Virus record (IMG/VR): IMGVR_UViG_3300043436_000999
Reading direction: 5' to 3' (one strand)
DNA from: an uncultured virus (IMG/VR IMGVR_UViG_3300043436_000999)
Taxonomy: Duplodnaviria; Heunggongvirae; Uroviricota; Caudoviricetes
DNA length: 64,000 nucleotides
Part shown: in pieces, positions 9,996 through 18,839 of the stretch
Position numbering within the stretch: position 1 is the first letter of the stretch
Layout of the letters: each line of letters opens with the position of its first letter
Translations under genes and position numbers: made by a program
The notes under the pieces: generated by a model
What the model was told of the DNA's origin: nothing
Database searches by the model: none
The model's input: only the letters and a program-made list of their open reading frames with translations

Positions 9996-12900
9996 TCATT
10001 GTTCTACAAAATTATCTACTTTGTCGGAAACGTATTCCACAAAGTAATCCGCTTCCTTCGAAACATAGTTTTCAAAGTCACGAATAACTTGTTTCGGTTG
10101 ATTTCGAATACGGTTACGTTCAGCTGAAAGCGATATGGATCTCATATACGCTTCATGCGCTCTAACGTATTCCTGTCTTCGATACTTATTTGTTGGGTGA
10201 ATCTTAAGAGCAAGTTGTGCTTGTCTAAGGATTTCACCTGTAATCATTGTAAACTTTTCGATTGGATCGCTGACGGCAGCTGCTGCCTTTGCAACTAGAT
10301 TGGTAGATGGCAGAGTCAAACTGAATAGCTGATCTTCTGCATAACCTTGCTCTAGTGATCTAATAACAGCACCACCAATATCAGTTACCATTGGTCCTTG
10401 AATAAGAGACCAGTTCTTACTACTGATTGGTTTAGAATAGATGAACGAAGCTCCAACGCCCTTGATGACGGCGGATACTCGCTTGAAATCCATGAAGCCG
10501 TTTGTGCTTTCGCTTTCTTCGACTTCTGGTTCAATAACATCCATGACCCAGTTATCACTAAGGGTTGGCTTAGAGTAGGAGATCACAATAGGTTTACCAG
10601 CAACTGTAGTAAGTACGGTCTTCTGGTCGATTAGACCATTGCTACGTACACCAAGTCGTGATTCTGGTTCTGCTGTTGTTTCAGTTGTAACACCCAACAA
10701 TGCAAAGCGTCTATTTTGATCTTCAATAAATTGACGGCCTTGTTCAACCTGTGGCGCACCACCGGGTTCAACAAGTTTCCGTACTTCGTTTCCAAACTTC
10801 GACCAACTAAAACCATCCGATGTCTGTGGACGATCTTCTTCAGTGCTTCTTGGTCTCATTGTTGGAGCTAAGAATTCACCTAGTGTCTGTTGAAACGGCG
10901 TGGGTGCTTGAACAACATTGCGCCATTGCGTTTGAAACTCAAGTTCTTCTGGTTGTAAGGTTTGTTTGCTTGTTGAATCAACAGTCATATCATACCTAGA
11001 CTTATCAAGCATCCAGTTTGTACCCATCCCCTTCCACTCATACATGAGCAGCGGCTTACCAGCAATACCAGTTACACCAGTACGACGAGATAATCCCTTT
11101 TCAGCGCCAGTATAAACATAGCGTTCACTGGATGATGGCTTTAGATCAGTCGTATCAATAAAGCCCTTTACTGGTTTTCGTGGTTCACCATCTTTAGTAA
11201 CAAACCACTGATGCGTACCCAAGTGATTAACATACTCGTAAGTATAGTCTTCATTTGGGATTGATACAGGTATTGGTAGACTCATGCCTAGTACTGGACC
11301 AAGAGATACCCATTGTGTAGTTTCACTGAGAGATTGTTTAGTGATACCATTCGCTGTTAAGTAATCCACAACTTTAGCATGGTCTACAGTACCGTCATTA
11401 ATCTGTCTTGTAGCCCACTGACCGAACTGTTCCTTAGTCACACGCTTCATTGCGTTACGGTGAACATCGGTACCAGCGAGAGACTTACGGATGGGAGTTG
11501 GCTGGAATGTGGCAACTATACTTCCACCTTTTTGTTGTAAGACAACACGTGAAACCAGTTGAGATTTATTTATGTTGCTCTTTTCAGTATCTACACCAAA
11601 AACGAAATCACCACGCTCTAAACCATCCATGTATTTCTTCATGTTTGTTTTGGCTAGAGAAATAGCTTCCTGTACAGTCTTCGCTCCACGGGTATCTTTG
11701 ATAGCCGCTTGAGCAATAAGCAATGTTCGATTGTCTTTTTTACCGCCCAATACAGCCTCAGCAATAGCCATCAGGTTTGTTCCCGGATCTCCCGGAATAC
11801 TGGAAAGATCTGCACCCTTAACAGTAGACGCTGCAAGAACGAGTGCTGTTGGGTTTTCTACGTTTGGTGCTTCGCTAAAAATACCAAACTGACTAAAGGT
11901 ATTTTTATCTAATCCATTCGTATCCCAATTGGAGTCCAATATAATAGCTAAATCCTGCTTACCATCATCTTGCAAATCATAGCTAATACCAGATCCGGAT
12001 GTAAATGTAGGTCTTAGTCCAGCTGGTAGTGGTTGTACGTCTCGTCTAGCTGGTACTAGACCGGCTCCAGTAAACTTAAAATCTTTTAGAGATTCATTTG
12101 TTCTTTGGATTACTGCCGCCCACAACTCATCGTCTTTATATTTAGTCTTTGTGTTAAAAGCAGCTTCGTAAAGGTGGCCTAGTGCTATTTCTGAAACCTG
12201 TCTAAGAGTTTCGTTAACATAGTTTCCAGTTAGATTGTTTTTCCAAGCAGCTGGATCAATGCCATCTCGTTCTAGTCGTACTGTTAGTTTGTCAAAAACA
12301 TTTTCTCTAAGATCTGCCATTTGAGTAGTAAGTAATACTTTGTCTTTGACTTCTTCAGAAACAGTATCCCTACTTCCAGCTGAATAGGTACCAAGAAGTT
12401 GACTCTGGGTTCCCCTGTCTCGAATTAACTTCCTCATTCGTTGTAGTTCACTCAACACGTCAGATGACATCTCTCCTCTGCGCTCTTGAATGTATTTTAT
12501 TGGACTTCCGTTTCCTTGGTGTCCTGTAGCATGCGCTTCTAGTTCATTAATAACAGTAGCCATACCAATTGCTTCTGCTTTACCAGAAGCCCTGAGCATG
12601 TTAATGTTTTCTTGTACTCTATCTGGTGGGGTGAATAGCATGAACGCAGCCATTGCTGCGGTTCTAGTTACTTCATTTTGAAGACCACCAACAATTAGAT
12701 CTGCCTTAGCAGCATTAATGGCTGCTCTGTTTGTTCCTGAGAACACACCAGAATAGAACTCATTTTCAGGTGATGAAAAAGCATCAGCTATTCTAGCATC
12801 CCATTCTTCAAGTGGGGTATTGTTTCTGAGTAGATCATCTAGAAAGCTGGAGAAGAACTCCGTGTGTATAAAACCATTAGCGGGAAGAACAATGTTTGCT

Positions 12901-14606
12901 TTCTTAAGTTCTGGAGCTAGTTCCTTCCATGATTTTAAAACACCATTCTCTTTATATGGATTAACTCCACCAAGCTGAACCCTTTCGATCATTGCTTCAT
13001 TAATACGCTCTGGTGATGCGGTGGTCTCTTTGTGTTTTTGAAGGTCATCTATAATCATTAGATTTTCAAGACGTCTTTTAAGAAGTGCGTCGGAATCCCC
13101 TGAGCCACCACCGCCAGTTGAGTTCGGTATATCTAGGCGTGTGCTGAGAAAGTTATTAAACTTATCAACAGTTGGTCTAAACGTTTTATAGATAGTTTCA
13201 TATGGTGCCTTTTCCGCCTCAACCGCATTTGCAGCAGCCACGCTTAATTCGCTTGTGGAATACTTATATGGAAGAGATTCGCCAAAGAATTTAAGACCAC
13301 TAACTGTTTGTGTTAGATCTCTAGCAAAGGTTGGAACTCCGGCTTCAACCACCTCGATTAAGTCTTGTTCAATACGGGTGATAGCCAAGTTTCTACGGGA
13401 AATTAAACCAGCTCTTTCCGCATCGCTTGCTACTTTAATTGCAGAATCATACGCTGCAATTTCAGCTGTAGCGGCAGAGATTATAGAATCTACCTGATCG
13501 TTTACGGTTTTAACCTGAGACCGTTGAGCCTCTGCCTGTCTCTTAAATGGAGCAAGTGAAATAGAATCTAGTGCAGTAGTGCGATTATCGTTAACGCCTA
13601 CAATTACATTATATTCTTCTTTTCCTAAATTATTTGCCGCAAAATTATTATCCCACTTGCCACCAAAAAACTCCATTGCAAAATCATTCTGCTCTTGTTC
13701 AAGAATAGCTTCTGATTTGGAAATGTTAAAGGCAAGTGCATTTAGTTTAGTTTGAACAGATCTATGTTCTTGTAATTCAGCTTCGGTCTTATCAGCCTTA
13801 GACGCTAAACTGTCGGCCTGTTTAGTTAAAGCAGATAGTTGTTCCCACTGCTTACCTAGACTTTTGTTAAGATTGATAATCCGATCTTGTCGTTTCTTTT
13901 GCGTTGCGTCTTTTACATCCTGAATATTTTTAGCGTTTGCATCACGCATCTTCGCTTGAATCTCAAGAAGTTCAATCCTTTCTTTACGAACAGCTGCACC
14001 AAAGGCTCTATCGCCCATTGTCTTCTGTTCCTTAGCCTCAGCGTCTTGTGCCATTTGACCAAGCTGAGCGATTCTTTCTTCAAGAGCTAAAGATTGATTG
14101 TCGGACGTTAGTAATTTCTCTCTAAACTGTAAGCTGTCATCGTTAAACGCAGACAACTTTACATCGTCTGCGGTTTCTCGTCTGGCCTTCTGACCGTACA
14201 GTTCAAACCCATATGATGTTTGTCTAGCTTGTTCGAGTAGATAGGAACTAGTTTGACCTTCACCATCAGAATCAATTTCGTATCCAACAATATCTTTAAC
14301 ACCTTTTTTGTATTCTGAGATTTGAGCATCTACTGAATCGAAATCATTAATGGCTGATGCGTGATCAATGCCCATCTTTGTTCTTGTCTCAAGATCCTCT
14401 AGTAGCTTCTTCTTTTTATTTCTCTTATCTTCAATATCGTAAGATACGAGTTCTGTTCCAAACTTGGCAACAGATTCACCAATGGCACCCCAGTCAATTC
14501 CTTGACCAACGCCAACGACATTCTCTGGAAGCTTAACTTGTGTTTCTTGATATATTGGTTGATTAGGGGGATTTAAAAATACCCCCGGTCCTTGCATTTC
14601 AATCAT
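9996..14606 (-). CDS. Internal virion protein (gp15-like position)
   Basis: 1536-aa helical/coiled-coil ORF between a gp14-like gene and the giant gene. No recognised catalytic motif. Confidence 0.55.
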   Translation of the reverse strand: MIEMQGPGVFLNPPNQPIYQETQVKLPENVVGVGQGIDWGAIGESVAKFGTELVSYDIEDKRNKKKKLLEDLETRTKMGIDHASAINDFDSVDAQISEYKKGVKDIVGYEIDSDGEGQTSSYLLEQARQTSYGFELYGQKARRETADDVKLSAFNDDSLQFREKLLTSDNQSLALEERIAQLGQMAQDAEAKEQKTMGDRAFGAAVRKERIELLEIQAKMRDANAKNIQDVKDATQKKRQDRIINLNKSLGKQWEQLSALTKQADSLASKADKTEAELQEHRSVQTKLNALAFNISKSEAILEQEQNDFAMEFFGGKWDNNFAANNLGKEEYNVIVGVNDNRTTALDSISLAPFKRQAEAQRSQVKTVNDQVDSIISAATAEIAAYDSAIKVASDAERAGLISRRNLAITRIEQDLIEVVEAGVPTFARDLTQTVSGLKFFGESLPYKYSTSELSVAAANAVEAEKAPYETIYKTFRPTVDKFNNFLSTRLDIPNSTGGGGSGDSDALLKRRLENLMIIDDLQKHKETTASPERINEAMIERVQLGGVNPYKENGVLKSWKELAPELKKANIVLPANGFIHTEFFSSFLDDLLRNNTPLEEWDARIADAFSSPENEFYSGVFSGTNRAAINAAKADLIVGGLQNEVTRTAAMAAFMLFTPPDRVQENINMLRASGKAEAIGMATVINELEAHATGHQGNGSPIKYIQERRGEMSSDVLSELQRMRKLIRDRGTQSQLLGTYSAGSRDTVSEEVKDKVLLTTQMADLRENVFDKLTVRLERDGIDPAAWKNNLTGNYVNETLRQVSEIALGHLYEAAFNTKTKYKDDELWAAVIQRTNESLKDFKFTGAGLVPARRDVQPLPAGLRPTFTSGSGISYDLQDDGKQDLAIILDSNWDTNGLDKNTFSQFGIFSEAPNVENPTALVLAASTVKGADLSSIPGDPGTNLMAIAEAVLGGKKDNRTLLIAQAAIKDTRGAKTVQEAISLAKTNMKKYMDGLERGDFVFGVDTEKSNINKSQLVSRVVLQQKGGSIVATFQPTPIRKSLAGTDVHRNAMKRVTKEQFGQWATRQINDGTVDHAKVVDYLTANGITKQSLSETTQWVSLGPVLGMSLPIPVSIPNEDYTYEYVNHLGTHQWFVTKDGEPRKPVKGFIDTTDLKPSSSERYVYTGAEKGLSRRTGVTGIAGKPLLMYEWKGMGTNWMLDKSRYDMTVDSTSKQTLQPEELEFQTQWRNVVQAPTPFQQTLGEFLAPTMRPRSTEEDRPQTSDGFSWSKFGNEVRKLVEPGGAPQVEQGRQFIEDQNRRFALLGVTTETTAEPESRLGVRSNGLIDQKTVLTTVAGKPIVISYSKPTLSDNWVMDVIEPEVEESESTNGFMDFKRVSAVIKGVGASFIYSKPISSKNWSLIQGPMVTDIGGAVIRSLEQGYAEDQLFSLTLPSTNLVAKAAAAVSDPIEKFTMITGEILRQAQLALKIHPTNKYRRQEYVRAHEAYMRSISLSAERNRIRNQPKQVIRDFENYVSKEADYFVEYVSDKVDNFVEQ

Positions 14607-15571
14607 CTAAGTAAGTCCTCTATAGATAGGGAATCAGCTAGCATCTCTTCACCAGAGGCAAAGGGATCTATCTCAGCCCGTCTGTTAAAGCCCTGTTGAA
14701 TCGCAGCTGGAATATCTTGCTTTGGCATTGCGCCTAAGATTGTTGACCACTCAGATACATCCATGTTTGGTAGCATCTGTAGGCCAGCACCTGTTACCGC
14801 TCTGTTGTTCATTTCCTGTGTTGCGATACCAGTATCCAAACCTTCAATCACAGCTTTTTCAAATAATGGCTTAGCCATCTTTGTAATGATTTCTGTTTCT
14901 GGACCAAGCCCAACACCGCCAGCCTCTGCCGAATTTGTTAATGCAAATGCTGGGTGAATAGAACCATCCTTATTCATAGTTGCAAAACGACCATCAACAA
15001 TAGACGCACTATCAAGTAGACCCATAAGCTCTAACTTAATCATGTCATCTACGTGAATCTCAGCTGGAACGTCTGGATCTAATTGATCAAACCCAAAGTT
15101 CTGAATCTTATTTTCAAGAACCTTGCGATATGCAAGCTGTGACTTGCTGAGATTTTGTGACGTTACTTCTTGTTCTGTGTTTGCTAACTCTGGGGATAGC
15201 TCTTGGTTTAACCACGATGGTGCCTTGGTCATTGTGTTTCGTAAAGACGATTCCCGTGCAGCTGGATCGGTTGGCTTCTTAACTTGAGACCGTAACCAAT
15301 CCTTAGCTTGATCTGGACTGCCAGGAAACTCCTGCTCAGCTTCAGACCAAAACTCATCAGCGTTGTCTGAAGAGACATCCTTAAGAGAGTCTTGGTACCA
15401 CTTTTCGAAGGCATCAAACGGATCGTTATAGATAGACTTAAAGATATCCTTACGCTTCTTTACACGATCTAGTGTATTGACCTTCTTCTTTGCGGTTGTA
15501 AGGCGTTGTGTTTCTGGTTGTTGACCTGTGGCAATTTCAAACAGCTTCTGTAGTTTGTTTTGATTAAGCAT
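14603..15571 (-). CDS. Hypothetical protein, probably virion-associated
   Basis: 322-aa ORF translationally coupled to both neighbours. Confidence 0.55.
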   Translation of the reverse strand: MLNQNKLQKLFEIATGQQPETQRLTTAKKKVNTLDRVKKRKDIFKSIYNDPFDAFEKWYQDSLKDVSSDNADEFWSEAEQEFPGSPDQAKDWLRSQVKKPTDPAARESSLRNTMTKAPSWLNQELSPELANTEQEVTSQNLSKSQLAYRKVLENKIQNFGFDQLDPDVPAEIHVDDMIKLELMGLLDSASIVDGRFATMNKDGSIHPAFALTNSAEAGGVGLGPETEIITKMAKPLFEKAVIEGLDTGIATQEMNNRAVTGAGLQMLPNMDVSEWSTILGAMPKQDIPAAIQQGFNRRAEIDPFASGEEMLADSLSIEDLLR

Positions 15572-16209
15572 TATTTTGCTGCCCTATATGCGCCGACACC
15601 AGCAGATAGACCAGACATGAGTCCAGTAGCCAAGCCAGTTGCCATAATGTTTGAGGACGAATTAACAATACCGCCAGTAGTTTCCATAACAACCATTTGC
15701 TCTGGTGCTGCTAGGTTTCGTTGTCCTAAGACATTTGCACGTTGAGTTGAAATATCTTGCATTGCATTCATGTAGTTTACACGCATTGCTTTAGACATTC
15801 TTTGTGCTTCTGTTGCGGCTTGTCTAAGCGTTGCTCTAACGGATGCTGAATCCAATGAAATACCACTAGAGGATGCAGACGCAAGAGCTTGATCTGTAAC
15901 CTGACGTGTTTTCTTGCTTAGTTCAGATGTGGCATTTTGATATGCCTTGGTTCCGTAATACTGAGCAGCTACTGCTTGTTGTAATGAGGATCGTTCTAAC
16001 TGTCTATTAGTGTGGTATTGTGCTTGCCACTGTCTAAGAATGTTTCTATTTTGTGATTCATTAGCCCAACGATTCTGAAAGTTCTGTTGGTCTTGTTGCA
16101 TCTGCTGGGCTTGAGCCTGAGCATCTGCTTGTGCAGCTCCGCTTTGTGCGCTTAAGATTCCAGAACCAGCTGCCATGCCACCAACAATAAGCGCCGTAAA
16201 GATTGGCAT
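15571..16209 (-). CDS. Internal virion protein (T7 gp14-like)
   Basis: Gly/Ala-rich hydrophobic N- and C-termini, Gln-rich coiled middle, ASSSGISLDSASV segment. Start placed at MPIF after AGGAG. Confidence 0.65.
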   Translation of the reverse strand: MPIFTALIVGGMAAGSGILSAQSGAAQADAQAQAQQMQQDQQNFQNRWANESQNRNILRQWQAQYHTNRQLERSSLQQAVAAQYYGTKAYQNATSELSKKTRQVTDQALASASSSGISLDSASVRATLRQAATEAQRMSKAMRVNYMNAMQDISTQRANVLGQRNLAAPEQMVVMETTGGIVNSSSNIMATGLATGLMSGLSAGVGAYRAAK

Positions 16210-16210
16210 A

Positions 16211-17881
16211 TTATCTCCTGTAGAAATTATCAATTATAGAGCCGTGTCGTTTATTGACACGCTCTTGTGCTTCAACGATACCCCGATACTTCTCACCAAG
16301 TAGACCAACAATACGCTTATTGCTGAGCCATTCCTTGACGGTATCGCGGTGTTCTCTGTCTACGTTTCTTTGGATAATCTCATCTGGTGTGATGACCAGA
16401 TTATCTACCCAGAGTTTTACAATACTGGCGAGAACGTCAACACGGTCATCGTGCTTTAACGCTCCCCGCTTATTTTGCATTCTTGAGATTTGGATTTGTG
16501 TTTCCTTTGATCGAATAGCTTCGGTATCAAAGATCAATCGGTGTTGAGACATTACAGGCTCTAGTGTATCTAAGATTCTTTTCTCTTTAGCTCCCGATAC
16601 TTTGAACTCTTCAATCGCAACACGACCACAGATTCCATATACAATAGGTCTAAGCAATGACGTAAACATACCGTCTCCGTAGTTTGCTTCGACCATGATG
16701 GTTGATACTTGATATTGATTTGCAATCTTTGCAATTCGACCCAAAGTAATATCATCATAGCCACCGGGTAGACCATCTAGTTCGTGGATAACAATGTATC
16801 CATTCACGAAGGATGCCACACAGTAAGCTGTTTCGTCTGCACCACGACCAGAGGGGTCGATACACAATCTGGTATCAACATACTTGGTCATCGTAGCAGA
16901 TGCCCACATGGGGCCATACAAGAGATCTCCATTCAAGCCATAGCTAGGAATGTCTAGTGGCTTGTTTCTTGCCCACACGACCTTCTCTGGAAATACCTCT
17001 GGAGATACGTCCATGACAACAAGATCCTCAAGCTTTAGAGGATGCTTGCTGGCATCGCTAAGGGATGGGTCAAGCAAGTAGTGCAAAGCAAACTGCCGTG
17101 GTCCAATCTTAGCTAGGCGTTCCTCTAGAATGTGCTGAGGAAAGCGCATGGGATCTACAGTATCTCCGGGTTGTCCCTCAAGATCAGAGATGTATTCGTG
17201 ACAGTGTAACCACTGAGACTCAATCTCTGGATCTGGGATGACAGCAGGAAACTTTACAATCTCATAGGGTAGACGTAGATAGATTGAATCCGTACTTTGA
17301 TACGTACCCAAGAATACAATCCTACCGTATGGAACTGGATTTCTAATCTGCTCTAGTTCTGTTAACTTGTCTAACAACTTCTGTCGAGCTTGAGGACTAT
17401 CGGAGTTCTTCTCAATCTCAATATCGTCAGCCAACACATAATCTGCGTGGCTACCTGTAATCTGTCCTGTGATACCCTTGGCATAACAAGACAAGTCCTG
17501 ACCAACCTTATCCCGAATACCAACATTAAAACCAAAGGCTGAGTCTTTATCGTGTTCCTTTGGAAGTAGGTGTTTCATGTAGGGGACTAAACTCAGGATC
17601 TGACGAACCTGAGAAATAAACTTGATGGCCTTGTCCTGTGTTGCAGACAAGACCATGATTGTTGTGTTTGGATTGTTTAACAATAACCACGAAGCATACA
17701 TAGCAACGATGGTTGACTTGCCAGCACCACGACCAGCTTGGAGCTGCATATCCTTGGGGCCATTCTGTACACACTCAGCGATTGCATACTGAAGTGGGCT
17801 TGGCTCACCAAGTCCAAGGTACTTCATACAAAAGAAGCAATGATTTCGAAAGTCTTCTAAGACTTCATCTGGTACTTGCAT
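16211..17881 (-). CDS. terL: Terminase large subunit (T7 gp19-like)
   Basis: Walker A AGRGAGKST, Walker B VLADDIE, nuclease IDPSGRGADET and HDDRVD motifs. Confidence 0.95.
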   Translation of the reverse strand: MQVPDEVLEDFRNHCFFCMKYLGLGEPSPLQYAIAECVQNGPKDMQLQAGRGAGKSTIVAMYASWLLLNNPNTTIMVLSATQDKAIKFISQVRQILSLVPYMKHLLPKEHDKDSAFGFNVGIRDKVGQDLSCYAKGITGQITGSHADYVLADDIEIEKNSDSPQARQKLLDKLTELEQIRNPVPYGRIVFLGTYQSTDSIYLRLPYEIVKFPAVIPDPEIESQWLHCHEYISDLEGQPGDTVDPMRFPQHILEERLAKIGPRQFALHYLLDPSLSDASKHPLKLEDLVVMDVSPEVFPEKVVWARNKPLDIPSYGLNGDLLYGPMWASATMTKYVDTRLCIDPSGRGADETAYCVASFVNGYIVIHELDGLPGGYDDITLGRIAKIANQYQVSTIMVEANYGDGMFTSLLRPIVYGICGRVAIEEFKVSGAKEKRILDTLEPVMSQHRLIFDTEAIRSKETQIQISRMQNKRGALKHDDRVDVLASIVKLWVDNLVITPDEIIQRNVDREHRDTVKEWLSNKRIVGLLGEKYRGIVEAQERVNKRHGSIIDNFYRR

Positions 17882-18042
17882 GAGTACCTCCTTTCAAATA
17901 GGAGGGTAGACCTACCGATCTACCCTCCCGTAGCGAAATTCCCGGCGCAATTGATTGCCCGGTAGAGCGGCCATAATACACCAGCCTATCATAGCGGGTG
18001 CGGCCAATATAGACTAGTCCCAGCTTGCGCTGTCTATGCGGA
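17882..18042 (-). ncRNA. Candidate structured RNA / 5' leader of terL
   Basis: 161-nt intergenic region with four hairpins (17901-17928, 17942-17962, 17969-18005, 18009-18037); one carries a GCAA tetraloop on the minus strand. Confidence 0.5.
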
Positions 18043-18243
18043 CTAGGCTTGTTTCTTGAGCTTAAAGGGAGATAGTCCCTCTAAGGTTTCAGCCCTGACG
18101 GCTGGAATTGTGTCTGATTTATTATCTGCAACTACCCGTGCGACTACTTGATATAGTCCAGGTGATCGCTTATCGGGATCGCTAAGATCTTCAATCAGAC
18201 AATCAATGAGAAGATCCTTTAGTGTGTTGATTCCCTTGTCCAT
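18043..18243 (-). CDS. Probable terminase small subunit (T7 gp18-like)
   Basis: 66-aa ORF directly upstream of terL, with a helical LIEDL...VARVVADNK pattern similar to T7-like small terminases. Confidence 0.6.
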   Translation of the reverse strand: MDKGINTLKDLLIDCLIEDLSDPDKRSPGLYQVVARVVADNKSDTIPAVRAETLEGLSPFKLKKQA

Positions 18244-18246
18244 GTG

Positions 18247-18582
18247 TCACTTCTTTTTCTTTTTGTTCTGGTATCGCTCAAGAAGGCGGCGACCCTTTGA
18301 AACCGCAGAAGCTTTATCACCATAGTGATTCCATGCCTCTAGGCTTAGCTTGAGTCGGGTCTTACGTCCCTTCTCATCCTTTAGTGGTCCAGCTGCAGAA
18401 CCCATTCTAACTAAGAATGAACCCTGTCTACGAATTTCCTCTGGTGTCTTTGGCGAACGGCCAACAGGTGCCTTTAGGTTTGATCCAGTTGCTCTGTTAT
18501 ATTTGTTTCGACCAGCTTGGGTAAGACCACCCTTTGGATTCTTATCCTTCTTGGTCATGGAGACTGATGGTTTCTTTGGCAT
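18247..18582 (-). CDS. Small basic phage protein (DUF6321-like)
   Basis: KNPKGGLT..GR..YNRATGSNLKAPV and SFLVRMG pattern; highly Lys/Arg-rich. Confidence 0.6.
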   Translation of the reverse strand: MPKKPSVSMTKKDKNPKGGLTQAGRNKYNRATGSNLKAPVGRSPKTPEEIRRQGSFLVRMGSAAGPLKDEKGRKTRLKLSLEAWNHYGDKASAVSKGRRLLERYQNKKKKK

Positions 18583-18698
18583 TACTTCTTCTTCTTTGGT
18601 GCCTTCTTCATAGGCTTACCTGTCTTCTTAGCAGCGGCCTTAGCCATTGCCATACCCTTAGCAGTATATGGGAATTCCTTCTTTCCAACCTTAGGCAT
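18582..18698 (-). CDS. 38-aa very basic protein (not in ORF track)
   Basis: MPKVGKKEFPYTAKGMAMAKAAAKKTGKPMKKAPKKKK. GGAGG RBS; start and stop overlap both neighbours. Confidence 0.7.
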   Translation of the reverse strand: MPKVGKKEFPYTAKGMAMAKAAAKKTGKPMKKAPKKKK

Positions 18699-18829
18699 CA
18701 CTTGCCTCCCTTGAAAAGCTTTGCAAGGGCAGTGATTGGAACAATGTGTGCGGCAATGTAGCCGACAACTAAAGTGAGGCCAGCAAACCAGATGCTGCCA
18801 AGTAACGATTCGAATGAAGCTAAAATCAT
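18698..18829 (-). CDS. 43-aa membrane protein (not in ORF track)
   Basis: MILASFESLLGSIWFAGLTLVVGYIAAHIVPITALAKLFKGGK. AGGAG RBS; hydrophobic core. Confidence 0.7.
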   Translation of the reverse strand: MILASFESLLGSIWFAGLTLVVGYIAAHIVPITALAKLFKGGK

Positions 18830-18839
18830 TTGTTTCTCC

